The translations under genes and the position numbers were made by a program. Below, one piece after another: positions 36,081-50,600 of a stretch of 64,000 nucleotides of DNA. Within the stretch, counting starts at the first letter, position 1; the number at the start of each line of letters is the position of its first letter. The notes below the pieces were generated by a model, which saw nothing but the letters and a program-made list of their open reading frames with translations, searched no databases and was not told the DNA's origin. The stretch is from assembly GCA_004431415.1 (NCBI GenBank), contig QPMI01000545.1, forward strand, positions 1 to 64,000, written 5' to 3'. The stretch is from Cyanophora paradoxa CCMP329. Taxonomy: Eukaryota; Plantae; Glaucophyta.

Positions 36081-36502
36081 AGCGATTGGCGCAGAAGCGA
36101 GCACGTCTGGAGTGCATTCTAGATCAGGCGAGATCGGGGATAATTTAACTTCCGCGCGAAAGCCGCTCTATGCAAAAGTCGGCGCTCTCCGGGGCCGCGC
36201 CCCGGCCCCCTCTTCAGCCCTCGACAGCGCAAGGCAGCTCAAGGCCCGCCCAGGCCCCCCCGCTCCCCCCAACTGCCCTTCCCGGGACTCGAACGCTGGG
36301 GCAATAAGACGCCGGCCGGGCGCACTGCTAGCTATAAATATAGCTCGGCTAACCCGCCGCGAAACTGGCCGGTTCCTCTTCGAATTCGTGTGGCCCTAGC
36401 TGCAGGAAAATCTCGTACCGCATCCGCGCGATAGTGAACATCAAATATGTATTAAAAGGCATCCTATCGCATACTAAACGCTTCACTTCTGCGCCAATCG
36501 CT
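36081..36502. repeat. 17-bp perfect inverted repeat pair bracketing ~390 bp (degenerate TIR element?)
   Basis: AGCGATTGGCGCAGAAG at 36081-36097 and its reverse complement at 36486-36502, with weaker similarity continuing inward. Confidence 0.5.
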
Positions 36503-36759
36503 TCTCCCAAGTTTATTAAGCGAAATCGTCCAGACGCGTACCTACGTATATACCTTCCGAGTCTAATCCGCGTACTAGGGTAGGTCAACGTTGTTAGTAA
36601 CTTGTTACGCAGCTTACGCTTCAGTCGTAGCAACTCGGACCGTCACGGCGTCCCGCTCCCAAAATTAAACGAAACGCGATTCAGTTCGAAGGAACTTCCC
36701 GGTTCAACGGTTAATTCCGACTCTCAGAGTCTAGATCATTATCTGATGATATAGATCTA

Positions 36760-36984
36760 CCGTAGGGCACTTATAATTAAGTACCGCGGGCACTTAACTA
36801 ACGCGGTACCAAATTAACGCGCCAAAAGTTTGTTAATCTGAGTTGCATGGTGCCGCGTTGATTTGCGGCTGAGAATTTTAAAAACCGCGTTAATTTGGTA
36901 CAGCGGTATTTCGCTCAGATCTATAGAGGAGGGCCATTTTTGAAACCGCGTTAATTAACGCCGCAGTAATTTAGTGCCCGACGG
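36760..36984. mobile_element. Degenerate MITE
   Basis: TA then CCGTAGGGCACT (36760-36771); right end AGTGCCCGACGG (36973-36984), 11/12 match. Internal inverted AATTAACGCG / CCGCGTTAATT motifs. Confidence 0.55.
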
Positions 36985-37439
36985 ACCGGCGACGGTACGG
37001 TACTGTACGGTCTGTACCGTAGTACCTAGTACTACGGTACTAGCTAGTTCCGACTCAAAGTACTAGTTCCGAGTCGTTTGAGGAATACTCAGTGACTATG
37101 ATATTAGGGTTGATTCTTTTTTTCGTAGTCGTCGACGTGCATGAACGACATATATGTATAATATACATATTCAACGTGAACGTGCATGCACGTACCGGTA
37201 ATACGTATACGGTCCGGTATATATGGCGGGCCGCGGCCCGCGGGGCGGCCGGGGCCGGCCCGGCGCCGGCGGCGCGGGCCGCCCGGCGGGCCGGCGCCCG
37301 GTTCGGACCGTCGGACCGTTCGGTACGGTCGACGTCTCAGTCACTGCATGAGTCTCAGTCTCAGTCTGTCACGTGCACGGACCCGGGGCCCGGGGGCCGG
37401 GAGTCCGGGACTCACGGTCCGAGTCACGAAATACGTATA

Positions 37440-37727
37440 CCGTAGAGCAGGAAAATACTGGACGCAGAAAATTACTGGAGCCCGAAAAACTTGTGGACCG
37501 AAAACTTGAGTCAGTCCACTAATTTCGGGCTCCAGTATTTCCCTGCTGCTAAGCTGCCCTATTCAGTACCCCCCATAATTACCGCCCCATACAAGCCTGA
37601 CAAGCTTTAAGATTTTGGTCCACTAATTTCGGGCTCCAGTATTTTGCCTAAGGGAGGGCCAATTAAGTTTTCTAGTCCACTATAATTTCCGGCCCACGGG
37701 CCACTACAGTATTTTCCTGCTCTACGG
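37440..37727. mobile_element. 288-bp Tc1/mariner-type MITE
   Basis: Perfect 21-bp TIRs CCGTAGAGCAGGAAAATACTG (37440-37460 and 37707-37727). TA on both sides (37438-37439, 37728-37729). Internal repeat GTCCACTAATTTCGGGCTCCAGTATTT occurs twice, plus an inverted partial copy. Confidence 0.85.
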
Positions 37728-38613
37728 TACCACGCCGGGCGCCGGCGTGACTCTGCCAGCTGCAGCCTGCAGGCTGCATGTGACGCCGCATGCGCACGGA
37801 CCGGCGGCCCGGCGGCGGCGGGCCGGCCGCCGGGCGCCGCGGCGGCGGCCAGGCGGCGGGCCGCGGCCGGCCGGGCGGCGGCGCCGCCGGGCCGGGCGCC
37901 GGCGGCGGCACGGTACTACGGAGTCTACGGTAGCACGGTCGACGTCCGACGGTCTGATCATCATGCATGAATCACAGGCTTCACAGCAGCGCTAGCATGA
38001 TCATGAGGCTCTGACTCTGTGACTCTCAGGCTAGCCTAGTAGAGCCGCTAGACTCAGTGCCACGGTGACTGTGAGCACTGACCGTCGGACTCAGCATACT
38101 ATGATATGTGCGCATTGCCGCAGACGTATACGTACTGGACAGTCTGGAGTCTCAGTCTGGACTGCAGTGCCAAAACTGCCAAGTTGCGCACTGCCGCAGT
38201 CACTGAGTGCCGCGGTACTAGTATACTAGTGCGCGTGCGATCATCGGATCGCGAGGCGACGCGAGCAGTCTGCACGCGCATATAATTATATGATCGTATG
38301 CAAGTCCGTCCGACGGTCGGACGCACGCGTACGGTATATATACAGCTGCAGCTGCAGCGCCGGCTGAGCCTGCACAGGCCCGGGGGGTGACAGGCCGTGC
38401 GTGGCTCTAGCTATAGCATCTGCTAGACTGCGCTAGTAGCCTAGTAGGTTAGCCTAGACGGACGGAAGCTCGCGGATTGCCGTACAAGTCACGAAGCGGA
38501 GTCGACGTCGCGATTGAAGTCGCGGAGTCTGCGAGCATCAAAGTTCTCGGGTGATCACATCTTTATACGTAGTACTAGTTCGGCGCACTCGCGCCGGGCA
38601 ACCAGCTGCAGCG

Positions 38614-41600
38614 ATGGACAACCGGCCGCTGCGTCGGTCGCGGTCGCGATCGCGGCCTGCTCCGGTGCTGCCTCCTGCACCTGGAGTTCGAGTTGCTATG
38701 AGTCGGGCGGTAGCGAACGCATCCATGCGCGTGCTGTTCTTGTGCGTGGTCTCTGCACTCTCTCTGCAGCCGGTAGCTGGTGAGCTCGCGACCATTCCTT
38801 TCTTCTGCACGTGCACGTGCACGCGCACGCGCGCCAGTTGAAGCCGGCAATCGTCCCCTGGCTAACAGAGGTTTGTACTCAGCTGCTCTTCCAAACGGCG
38901 TGAAGCCGCATATCACGGCGGTCCGTTTATTTCGAGACCCTGACTCCGTTTCGCTGGCATCATTCATAAGGAGTATCGCAGATCTTTCCGAACTACGGCA
39001 GCATTGTCGGCGGGACACGCTTCACGCTCAAAGGCTACGGATTCAGCAACGTGCGTTTCAGTCCTGACCCTATAACTGCGGACATCCGCGGCCGGCTTTC
39101 GACTTCGGCTGAACACGGAGAATTCGCAGTATTCTGGAGGATTTGAGAGCAAAAATATTGTACGCGCATCCTTGCATGCTCTGCCGCGACGCTCAGTCCC
39201 GATCATCGGTTAATATTGATGATATCGATGTTTCCCCTCTTTCCGCGCTGCGGCAAATAGGTCACGCTCGGCGGCGTAGAATGCGAAGTGGTAAGCATAT
39301 GCGCATGCGTGAGAAGTGTACATGTTCGTCCTTTCTTTCTCTTGCACCTTACTCTTCTTCCGCATGCGTGCAGGTCCTCTTTCCCGAAATGAAGCAAACG
39401 GACCCCTGCACCACCGCAAGTCAGATTGTCTGTATCACTGGCCCCAAAAGATGCGGGAGCCTGCCCTTGCACGACTGTCAAGGCCCTGTGCGTCGTATGG
39501 CCGAATAACGTCCTTCATTAATTATAAATGCCTGACCCCCAGCGCAGGTCCCTATCAATCTGCGGGTGCAGGAGAGTATCCTCTCTTTTGAGGACGCAAC
39601 TTTCGCGAGTGGCGTATCCACAACGTACGACTATCAATTCACGAAAGATCAGAATGGCAACGAGAGGAATCTCTGCTATATAGGTAGACTTTCCACGTAA
39701 CTCTTTCGGCCGAGTCCTCCCCCTCAAAAGCACGCAGGGAGCGTATGGCCTCCCTTCGGCAGTGCAGGCGACCTCGCGCGCGTCAACTGGGGAGGCACTA
39801 CAGCTCGATACGCGGGATATGACCCGTGCGCACCTCTCATGTAGTAGCCGTGGAATCTCCATTTAATTATATAATCTCTTTCGGGCAGTATCACCGACAT
39901 CGGCCCCCTCGACAATCTATATAGCATCGCTGGTAAGTAGTGAATAGACAGGCTTAAAGCACCGCGCCTTTGAGAATTTGTGACAATGAACTCTATATGC
40001 GCATATAATTATAAATTAAATGCTTTGCGTCCCACTCGGCTCTGCGCAGCGGGGCGTCAAGAAGGGCGCTTTATTCTCATCAACTCGACGTAAGCGCAAT
40101 CGATATCCCCTGTCCGGATCCACGTTAAGCGAACTTTGTTTTGTGATTGCGAAAAATCCTTTCCGATCAGGACCAATGCCGCATTTGCGCCTGTCGACAA
40201 CTATGCCGACCTGAACCGTAATAGGATTTTGATTGGATATGAAGACGTTTACTTGCGGTGCGATCCACGAAGCGATCGCGGAATGCGCTAATAGATGTGT
40301 CTTTACGTCTGACAATCGCTCATTGTCGATCATGATCATAACACTCAGATCCTCCGTCGCTGGTCTTGTCGGCGAGAGTGCTCCGGGGAACTACGAGCTG
40401 AAAATGCAGGTGTGATGCATGCCTATGCCTCGTCTCGTCTCAATCTCTCAATCTCTCGTATGCCATGTGACGTTTAAGCTCTGCCTGATGGCTTTCGTCT
40501 CTCAGTTTGAGAAAATGATTGACCAGTACTATCCAACAAATCCCGTCAGAGGATACTGCTACACGCCGCTAAGCGCCAAAAAGATCGATGGTCAGGGGAG
40601 GCTCTACTCGTTCCAGGTCCGGCCCGGCGGCCGTGCTATTGAAAACTCGAAGCCTGTAATTTGAATCCGGGTTTCGCGTCTGGTGACAGATTGTGCCTGC
40701 TGTGACCAGCATTAGCACCAGCCGTTCGTCTACAGAGGGCGGCCTCAAGCTGACCATTAAAGGTGAGTGTTCGGGCTCGCAATTTACTTGGCGTTGCACC
40801 CTTTCATTTGACGCTGGTCAAAAGGAACGAACTTTGCCGGAGTTGCCGAGAACACGACAGTCGCCGTTGCTGGCATAGATTGTCCCGTCAGCTACTCGAC
40901 GTACGGTACTCGAATTTCCGCGCATCGATGTTCATGATCAGACCATTGCGCGATCCTGAGCGTGCAGACACGGTCATCTGCACAACCGTGAGGGGGACGC
41001 CGACTGCGGTCGCCCCCGGCCAAAAATTCCTCGGAGGGCGCGGAGTGCTAGTGGAGCGCTGGTATGGGTCCTTTTCGAACAATCTCGGCGCGCTGAAGAC
41101 CGCGATAGCGGCTCGCCCCGCGGACCGTTCGTACATCGTGCCTTCGACTTTCGATGGCGGATTCCGCTTCGACCAGAATTACGGGCAGCGGATGACGGCG
41201 GTTTTCGTTTCTCCGTGGAACACTACCCTCACTCTGTTCCATTGTAAGAAGAGCTTGCTTGCTTGCTTTCCCGAAGAGCTTTCCGGCCCAGCCTTCTGGC
41301 ACCTGGCACCGATATCGATATCTAACACATTTGATTTCCGCTCCAGCCTCATGGCACGTTGGCGAGCTTTGGGTGGGACCCAATATGACCAGGTCCGAGC
41401 GCCCAGTCGCTGACGCGGCCGCAAGGTTTTCTAACGGTTTACCTAACGTTCTTTTATGTGTTCAGTTTATCGAGAGTGGCCTTCGCTACCTGGTTTCCTA
41501 GTGACGGGAAGCCTTACAAGTACACATCCGTGCGGCCTGCTCGATATTCCGAATATATATCTCTCAGATCGCAGCACTCACTCGTGACATTCGAAAGCAC

Positions 41601-44600
41601 TGGGATGACAGCTTCAAGTCGGAGCAGGTCTCCGCAAAGATACGCGTCAAGGCTGGCGAACCGCTCTATATGGTCTCGTATTACGAATTCCACGGCATTG
41701 CGCACGAACGGTCCTTCCAAGAGATCAGCGCTAAGATAGGGTGCGCATATATATAGATAAGTATATAGGCTCATGTACTTCAAAGTCTCTACATCTGTTG
41801 ACCCCGCCTCAGTGGTCCGATACTAAACAAGAAGGATCTCCCCAACGACCGGAGCGTCTATCCAGCAACGATGCGTTGGCCCAAGGAGGGCAGCAGCGAC
41901 GGGGGAGACATGCACTACGGTTCGGTTCTCCGACGCCCACTTAACGTGCTAGATTAGCAAGCTAACATGCAGGGCTCTACAGGCGGTTTCCCGTACGCGG
42001 ACGACGAGATGCAGGTAATTCAAGATCGAGTTTTGAAATGGATTATGATCACTTTCAGCACTCATGATCAATTGCAAGACGCAATATTAAGCGTATTTTG
42101 CAGCGCATCTACGCTTCTACAGCGATGACGGGGGACCTGCAGACCATCGTGCTCTCGGCAGACACATCCCTCTCCATGCAGATCGGGGGCCAGACGGTGA
42201 GCGCAGCGGTGGCCGCGGGGGCAACCGAGGAGAACGTCCGGTCGGCGGTGCTCGGCATGCTCAACTCACAGAGGACGACCGGTGCAATCCGCGGCGGTCT
42301 CGCGGCGCCTTTCGTGTACGACAGCTTCGAGAACACCACGATCGTGTACCCGGACGAGAGCTCTGGCGCCGGCTCCATCACGACTGGCACTGCTTTCTCG
42401 GGCTCTGCCTCGCTATCTCTCCCGAATTCAAAATCGCTGATCATATTCCGCGACTGGAGTGCGCCATTTTGCTTTTTCGTATACGTAGCTAGGTTGAGAC
42501 TCAGTTGTCATTCTCTGTCTTTGTTTGATGCAGATTTCCTGCGGCGCACAAGCCTGAATTACCGCCCCTACTCCAAGCAGATAGTGCGGTTTGGGTACTG
42601 GACCAATGAGTTTCCTGTGGTGCGCAAAGTAGACTTTCTCGATAGACACACGTTTTCGCCCATGCGCTGATGAGGACTGCGATCGCAACTTGCACACGTG
42701 CAGCTCTGCCTCGCGTACCGGATCTCTTCTGGGGGATCGATCACCATTCAGGGTACGTGTACGCAAGCCGACGATTAATCGCAAGCTCAAGCCAATCCTA
42801 CAGCCAAGATCAATGGCATCGACGCTCGTCAGACTGTCACTGTCTCCTTCACGACGGATGATACGTGGCGGTACACGTGCGTAGATGTTTTCGCGCAGGT
42901 ATGCACGTTCCTCAATCGCAAGCTTCCATTTAGAAATTTCTTATATTAGTAAAAGTTTGACCGGGGTACCTCTCCACTTCGAAGCTCGGGAAGAAACAAA
43001 TCACTGGCATGTGGATTCAAACGGGAGCCTCGGGCCAACACTACATTGACGATTTCAGCATCAACAAATATCCAATTGGTCTATAAGTCCTGCGCATGCT
43101 CCTCTATATAAATTGCTTCCATCTTTCGATTGGGGCCCTCGCTCATAAAACCTGGCCACAGACTGGGCCTTCAATGTCACTGTTACGCGTACGACAAGCG
43201 GCTCCGACTACCAGTACCAAATTACGACGGAAACGTGCTCACCCGTTCCTGTCATTGGCTTGACGGCGGGTACGGGTTCGACGGGCCTGGCAACCGCCGC
43301 TCCGCAAGTAACTGGATCGTTTACGATATCTTCCGACTGGGAGCCGCTTTCTCGCGCCAAAGTCTCCGCGGGTCTCGGGCCATTCACATGGGGCTCCTCG
43401 GCCGCCGCCGTCCGCTCGGCCTTCGCCTCTGCGGGGGTCGAGGCCGGCGTCGCGGCGGGTGGATGGACGAATCGGACGCATTGCCTTTACTACTACGAGG
43501 TGCGCTGCATTTTGTGATCGCCTGTGCACTTATATTTGCATCGGCATGCGATTGACGTCGTCGTTCAGTTCGAGTTCAACAACCTGCCGGGCGACCTGCC
43601 AGATGTGCCGGTGACGTTCGATTCCCTCGCCCTTTCATCGGGCTCGGGATCCATCGCAACGTGGGTTGACGAGGTGATTGAGGGTGGAACGCTGATATCC
43701 CCAATCGCTGGCGAGTTCTTGTATCTGCACGGTACATATCTCCTCGCACCACCGTTTCTCCTTGCTTCGGAGCCGTTTCAATAGTTTTGTGTCGATCAGA
43801 GTCCACGCCGCAAGTGCGCGTCGCGTCGAACGGCGTCGCCGCAACTTGCAAGCCAGTTGGCACGAGCACATGGCGGCCTTGCGCTTTCGACTACTCCGAC
43901 GGTCCGATCCAAGCCTTTTCAGCCCCTACATATACGCTTTGCCTTATAAACATTTGCTGATCATGGGGCGCTCTCTTCAGCTGCCACACCAGCTGTTGAG
44001 TCCGTCTCGCCCACGGAAGGCGCGGGCGGCGCAACTCTAGTGCTTACAGGAGATTTCAAAGGCCTCAATGAAACCTTTGTCGTTGTTGTCACGATTGGAG
44101 AGGGTATCTGCGACGTGCTTACGGCAGCAACGTCGAGCATCACCTGCCGCACGCCGAACCTGGCCGCCGGAGTCTACCCCATTGCGGTCAATGTGCTCGC
44201 CCTCGGATTCGCGAAGTCGAGCGCCACATTCAAGTACAATCTTGGCAAGCCTTGATTCGAGCTTGATTGCGCATCATATATACTAAACTACCGCGTCTTG
44301 CAGAGCTGTCTAGCGTATTCCCGACCACAACGGGCATTTACGGAGGCTCGAACTTCACGATCTCGGGCGTGGCGCTTGGTCCTCTCGCCGACACTGAGAC
44401 CGATGCTGTAATCACCGTGGGGAGCTCCCCATGTCCCGTGATCGGCGCTTCATACGCCGCAATCGTGTGCACAGCTCCAGCAAAGGCAACCGGATCGTAC
44501 GACGTCGCAGTGACCATTGGCGGCCAAACGGAGACATTGACGGCCGCGCTGATGACTGCGACTGGTGCGCTTGTTCGAAGCTTAAGGCTGAATATGAGGC

Positions 44601-47600
44601 TTTGAAACCTTTCGATTTCATGGCCTCATGATCACGCGCAGCGCGTACTCCATCGATCACCTCGATTACGCCGGATTCGATCGGCTCCGCCGCGACGACA
44701 ACTGTCTTCACCATCGTCGGCACGCAGCTCCTCGAGGCCGTTTCCGTTCAGATCGGGGCAGAGGACTGCGAGTTCGATACAGGGAGCGCCACAGACTCCA
44801 AGATCGTGTGCACTCTTTCAAAGCAGTTTTCAAGCGGCAACTACTCCGCTTTCGTGACAGTCGCCTTGCTGGGCAAAACGAACTCAATCAACATCGTTGT
44901 GGGAACCCGTGCGATTTTTGTCTAGTACTAGTACTCAGAATCCCGTCAACCCTATACATATATTGAGCGGTCAAAACCGCAGAAATCGCGGTCGTGAGCC
45001 CAACGGCTGGCTCGACTCTCGGCTTTGGCACCATCACGCTGACGGGCTCGGGCTTCCCGTACAACACCACTGCAACATCGATCGATCTCGTCTCCGCGGA
45101 TCTTAGCGTAGTCGTACCTTGCGTGCTCGCTTCTGCGCAAGCCTCGAAGCTGATTTGCTCACCAAGGCCGTCCTCTCCGCTCTCCACCTCTTCGATTACT
45201 ACTGTGACCATCGTGCGCTTCTCAGGCGCATTCAACACGAGCCTCCCTGGGAGCGGATACGACTTCGATCCAGCAAAGACGCCCACCGTCACGGGCCTTA
45301 CGCCCACGGAGTCAGCTACGCAGACGTCCATCCTCGTCATCGGCACGGGCTTCGACCTGTCCACTGATACTCCGGTTGTGACCATTGGATCCAGCTCGTG
45401 CAACGTCACGTCGCTCAATGCGACTGCCGTCGAGTGCACCACGGGCGACGAGCGGCCGGGCCTGCGCGCAGTTACCGTCGTCTTCCCGGACATCGGCAAG
45501 GCGACAGGCTCCGCTTCTCTCAAGTTCATCGCAAGTGCGTCTTGAAATTAACTTGTGGTTTCTTATGTTGCCTTCGATTTCGGGCCGGGGAAGGCTGATC
45601 ATGAATTGCGGTTCTACACGTACAGTTGTCACGGGTCTGTCGAGCCGCGAAGCTCTCTCTGGCGGTGGGCTGGACCTCGGCATCTCGCTCTCTGGAGGCG
45701 TCCAGCTCGCTCCGAACGCCAGCGTTGTGCTGGTGAAGGACTCGACGAGGGCCGAGTGCCTCGTGCTCAATTCTACGGTTGGATACCTGCACTGCAGGAC
45801 GCCCAAGTTTACGTTGCTCGGCAACTACACCGTCGCCTCAGTCGGAGACGCGGATGTCGTGTGCCGTGATGGCCAGGATCCGCCGTGCTACATCGATGTC
45901 ACAGCACGTGCGTTAAGCTCGCATATGCATTGTTCGCATTCTGGTCTGGCGTGCAGTTCTGACTTCTAGCATGTGCGCGCGCAGGCTTCTCTCTGACGTC
46001 GATAAGCCCTATTTCAGGAAGCCAGGGTGACGTCATCAGCATCACAGGCACTTTCTTCACTGGGGCGTCTTACAACATCACCATTGGGAGTGCAACCTGC
46101 GCTTCACCTTCTGTCACCGACACGGAAATTACGTGCACGCTTGGGTCTGGTGCCGCGGGAATCTACGGTGTGGAAGTAGCTGTCGGCGATCTTGGCCTGG
46201 TACCGTCCGATCCTCCGCTCAATTTTACCTACTTCCACACAATCGATAACACGAAGACCGGCCTCTTGAAGAACGACAACACCTATTCGCTGACATCCTC
46301 CATTAACGGCGGCGCATCCCTCTACATTCAGGGCACGGGCTTTGGCTTCGTAAAGGAGAACGTCACTGTTCTCGTAGGCTCGAATCCCTGCCCCGTGACA
46401 TCGATCACCCCGACCCGCATTCTCTGCTTGGTGCCGGCCGCGTCAGCCGGTGATGTAGCGATTTCTGTCCGCATTGCCGGAACAACAATCACCGGGCCAA
46501 CACTCTCGTATGCGTCTCCAGCAACGCCCTCAGTTTCTGCAGTGGCGCCCTCCGTCGCCGTGGCAGGCACACCCATTACCATCTCGGGGTCCTTCGGCAA
46601 CGGATTTGTCACTGGCGATGTCACGGTCACCGCTGGAACGGCGCCTTGTGTGGTCACCGCCTCCGCCGACACTCAAATCGTCTGCACGGTTGGAACTGGC
46701 CGTGCAGGCACTGGGCAAGCTCTCAAACTTCTGATCGCCGACCGTGGTCTTGCCACCGTCGCCGCTAGCGCTGAAACTGCGGTCGCCCTCGGCTTCACGC
46801 TATCCGCCATTGTACCCGCGGTCTCTGCCCGCAGCGGCGGGGCTCTGGTGACCCTCACCGGCACCGGGTTCGACACGGTCGCGACCAATGTGACGCTCTG
46901 CGGAGTTCAATGCAAGGTTTCGGCGATTACGCCCACTTCTGTGGTGAGCAAAGAAAATCGCTGGCTGCCGATCTGATCATACGAGATCGAACCTAAGCTA
47001 ACCACGGGAACAAATGCGATCAGATCTGTGTGACCGGGGCTCTCCGTAACTCTTCGTCTTTCATCTCGTACGCCGACGACTGCCCTATCACGCTGTCCGT
47101 GGCTCCGGGCACGGGGGCCGGGGCGAACACGACGACCTTCTACTCGAGCGGCCTGTTCGCGTACCCCGAGAACCTCACGCCCGTGGTTTACTCGCTGAGC
47201 CCGAGCCGCGGCTCCACTGCCGGTGGCACCGTAAGACCTTTCTGCTGCCCATGGGTTGTCGCCTCTCGCCGGTCTGCTGATAATGCGGCAGTGGATCACC
47301 ATGAGGGGTGAACACCTGAGTGGACTTGATGACGCGCTTCCCACGGTGACCATCAGCGGGCTCCCATGTAAAGTGGAACATTCAAACTCCACGGTGTTTA
47401 CATATTGCATTATCGCCATTCGCCGTGTTTTGTGGTGAGTTGCAAGCTCACGTTTATCCTCGACGCAGCACCTCATCTGCGTTACGGAAGCATCGAAAAA
47501 CTTTACCCCGGCAGTGCCCGTCGTTTTCATTCCTGGCCCCGGTTACGCCAACGTCTACGGAACGTATCAGTGGATCGACCTCTGGTTTGTTTCGGCTGTC

Positions 47601-50600
47601 GCTTATTGAAACTTTATCCAAGCTTACAGGGTTAACGTTCAGGTCGCGCCGAACGACCTGGGGAGGATTCGACATTCCGCAGGAAGGCGAATTCATCATC
47701 ATCGACAAAGATATGGTTTGCACGACCCGCGCTGACATAATATTAGCGGTCCCTCGCTCACAAAACTTTTCCACGCAGACGGTCCTGTTGGACGTCAGCA
47801 CCCCCAAGCTAAGCGTGCTGCTTGTCGAGGGCTCGCTCATCTTCGATGACAACCAGGACTTGGAGCTGAATGCAGGTGAGAATAGTCGGATCTGAAGCTG
47901 CGGGGCAAATAGCCATCGGGGAGTCAATGGTGTTCACTCTGCGACCCGCAGAGTACATTCTCATGCGAGGCAATCGATCTAGAATCGAGATCGGTACGCG
48001 CGACAGGCCATTCAAACACAAGGCGGTTGGTTCTGCGCCCCTATAGCTAGAGTCGATCTGAATTCTCTATATGCCGACATCGCACTGCAGACGATCACAT
48101 TGTATGGCACACCGGCGTCTCCGGAGGTCCGCTTCTGCGCATGCCGATGCTTCGATGATTGATTTTAGATATATATCGCTCAACCTCGGGGCGCCAGATT
48201 CCGAAATACGGCGCGAAAACTCTAGGACAACGCGGCGGAACGCTCAGCATGCACGGCACCCCGCGTCTCCCATGGACTCATCTAGGCGCCGTGCGTCTAA
48301 ACTCCTTATAATTACGCTCTCTCGCCATTTCTATTCTCACGAACTATACATGCACGCGCAGACTGCCTACATTGGCGATCGGAATATGTGTGCCGCCTGT
48401 CCTTGCATTTCTAGATCTAGATCTAGATCTAGATCTTTGGTCTTAAGCTTGATCGATCGCTCACTTCAATCTTTCAGCACGCTCAAGCAAGAGGTCGATT
48501 GGGACGTCGGGGGCGAGATCGTCATTGCCACGTCGGGCTTCGACGCCGTCGTCGAGTCGGAGAAGCGCAGGATCACCGGCGTCTCCGCCGACCGGCGCAC
48601 TGTATTCTTTGAGGAGCCTTTGAAGTATCGCCACCTTTGCGGTGAGAATTAATATTCACACGAAATTCATACACGCCTGCGATAAATTTCCTGATGCCTT
48701 GCCTGCAGTCATCGAGCGTTATGGTCCGCGGGAAGTTGACATGCGTGCCGAGGTGAGCGGCGCTAGATTAAGATCTAAGACTGCTTTGAAGGAAACCACT
48801 GAAAGCTTAAGCATCGTTCAGGTTATCTACCTGACCCGGAACGTGCGCCGGGTGTACACAAGCGATTGATAGAATCGTGATCTGAACGCTGACCGTGGTT
48901 CTGCACTGCTTTTGGACTCGCGATCGCAGATCAAGTTCCAGGGTGACCCGGAGTCGTTTGGGTACCGCTTCGGCGCCGTTCTATTCGTACACTCCATGCA
49001 ATCAATGCCTTCGATCACCCTCATCGGTGCTTTCCTCTGAAGTTGCCTGTACTTCGTCTATATTTCGCGCTGACGGTCTGCGCTTGCTCAATACGTGCAG
49101 ACAATGTTGGTGCGCATCGAGAGCGAAATGTTCCATTTTTACTGAGCTCACCAGTAAGCGATGCGCGCGCTTAAGCTTAGAGTTCCACAACGTCGGGCAG
49201 GCCTTTGCTCTGGGCCGATATGTGCGCATTTGCATTTATACCCTTCTCAACTATCTGCATCGCGCTGATCTTTACTCACATTCAAACACAGGCTATTCAC
49301 TTCCATATGTTCGTTCAGGCTGTTCAGTTCTCGGCAATTTCGCACTGTCGCGTCGCTAATATTAATCCCTTGCGCAATCGTGAGCAGGATGGACAGCATC
49401 TCGCAGTCATACTTCATGTCCAACTCCGTTCACCAATCGTGGAATCGAATTATTGCAATCCACGCCTGCAACCATCTGCGCGTAATCAGAAACGTCGCCT
49501 GTTCGTGCCTTTCAAATTCGCGTGCCAGCGGGCGCCTCTCCGTCCACATCGAGCAATACAATCTTTTAACTTTTTGCTTTCCAGACATGATCTTCGGCAA
49601 TGCATTCTTCGTGCGTGATCATGATTCGTGACGTGCAAGGTTGCGCTACTGACCAGTTCATGCGCTCAGACGGAAGACGGTGTCGAGCGGGGCAACATAC
49701 TGGACGGGAATGTTGTGATCGGTGCCCCGCAAATGATCGATTCGCACACAAATGGCATCTGTCTCATTTGGAGGGTTAGGGGTGCTGCCGTCGGTGTCGC
49801 TGCTGAGCGAGGACCAGGAGCCGGTGGGTTCAATGTAAAATGGTCCTGACGCCCATCCGTCCCTAATTCATGCATGCTGTTGCAGACCGCGTACTGGCTC
49901 GTCCACCCCGACAACATCATGTGCGGCATTTTGAGCACAATATCATCCCCTTGCTCTGTTCTATGTCTTGACTGCTGTGCGCAGCATCAATAACGTGGCC
50001 GTCGGCGGCATGTGGTCGTATTGGTACAGACTCAACTCGTGAGTACCATGCCTCCACCAACGTTGCCGCAGAAGCGATCGATTATATATTGCATCGCAGA
50101 GCTCCGATGGGAGCTTCGTTTGGCGTGCGGCCCACTGTGTGCGCTAGATACGACAAGCTGGGCACTTTCCGGTGCGCATGCATTCGGTCTCAATTCAATT
50201 TCTGCGGCCGCGCGGGTGCTGACCTTGTGAACTTCGCGTAGGAACAATACTGCCCATGTAAGTTTCGAAAACTATTCCGCCATTTAATTCGCAAGCTTCT
50301 GAGCCTGCTTGTTCCGGTTGTCAGGCCGCAATTCGATATGGCTTCCGTATCAATCCTGGTGTGTTCAACCTCACTTTAATTATGCTGCAATTGCAATCTA
50401 AATTTTTCGCAGACTACTATCCTTCAAACGATCCTTGCAACTCGGAGGTGGTCAATAACGGCCCCGCAATGCCCGCCAAGTACTTGGCCACGGCGGTTTT
50501 CGAGGTGCACTCAGCGCACGCGTGCATTGCTTCAGATTCGGTGCATTATCGTAACCGATTGCAGAATTTTACCGCGTACGCCAATGGAGAGAACGGCGCG

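Noticed and set aside
37440-37727. 27-bp repeats as a mini-CRISPR or structured ncRNA
   Set aside because: Better explained as subterminal repeats inside a TIR element with a TA duplication.
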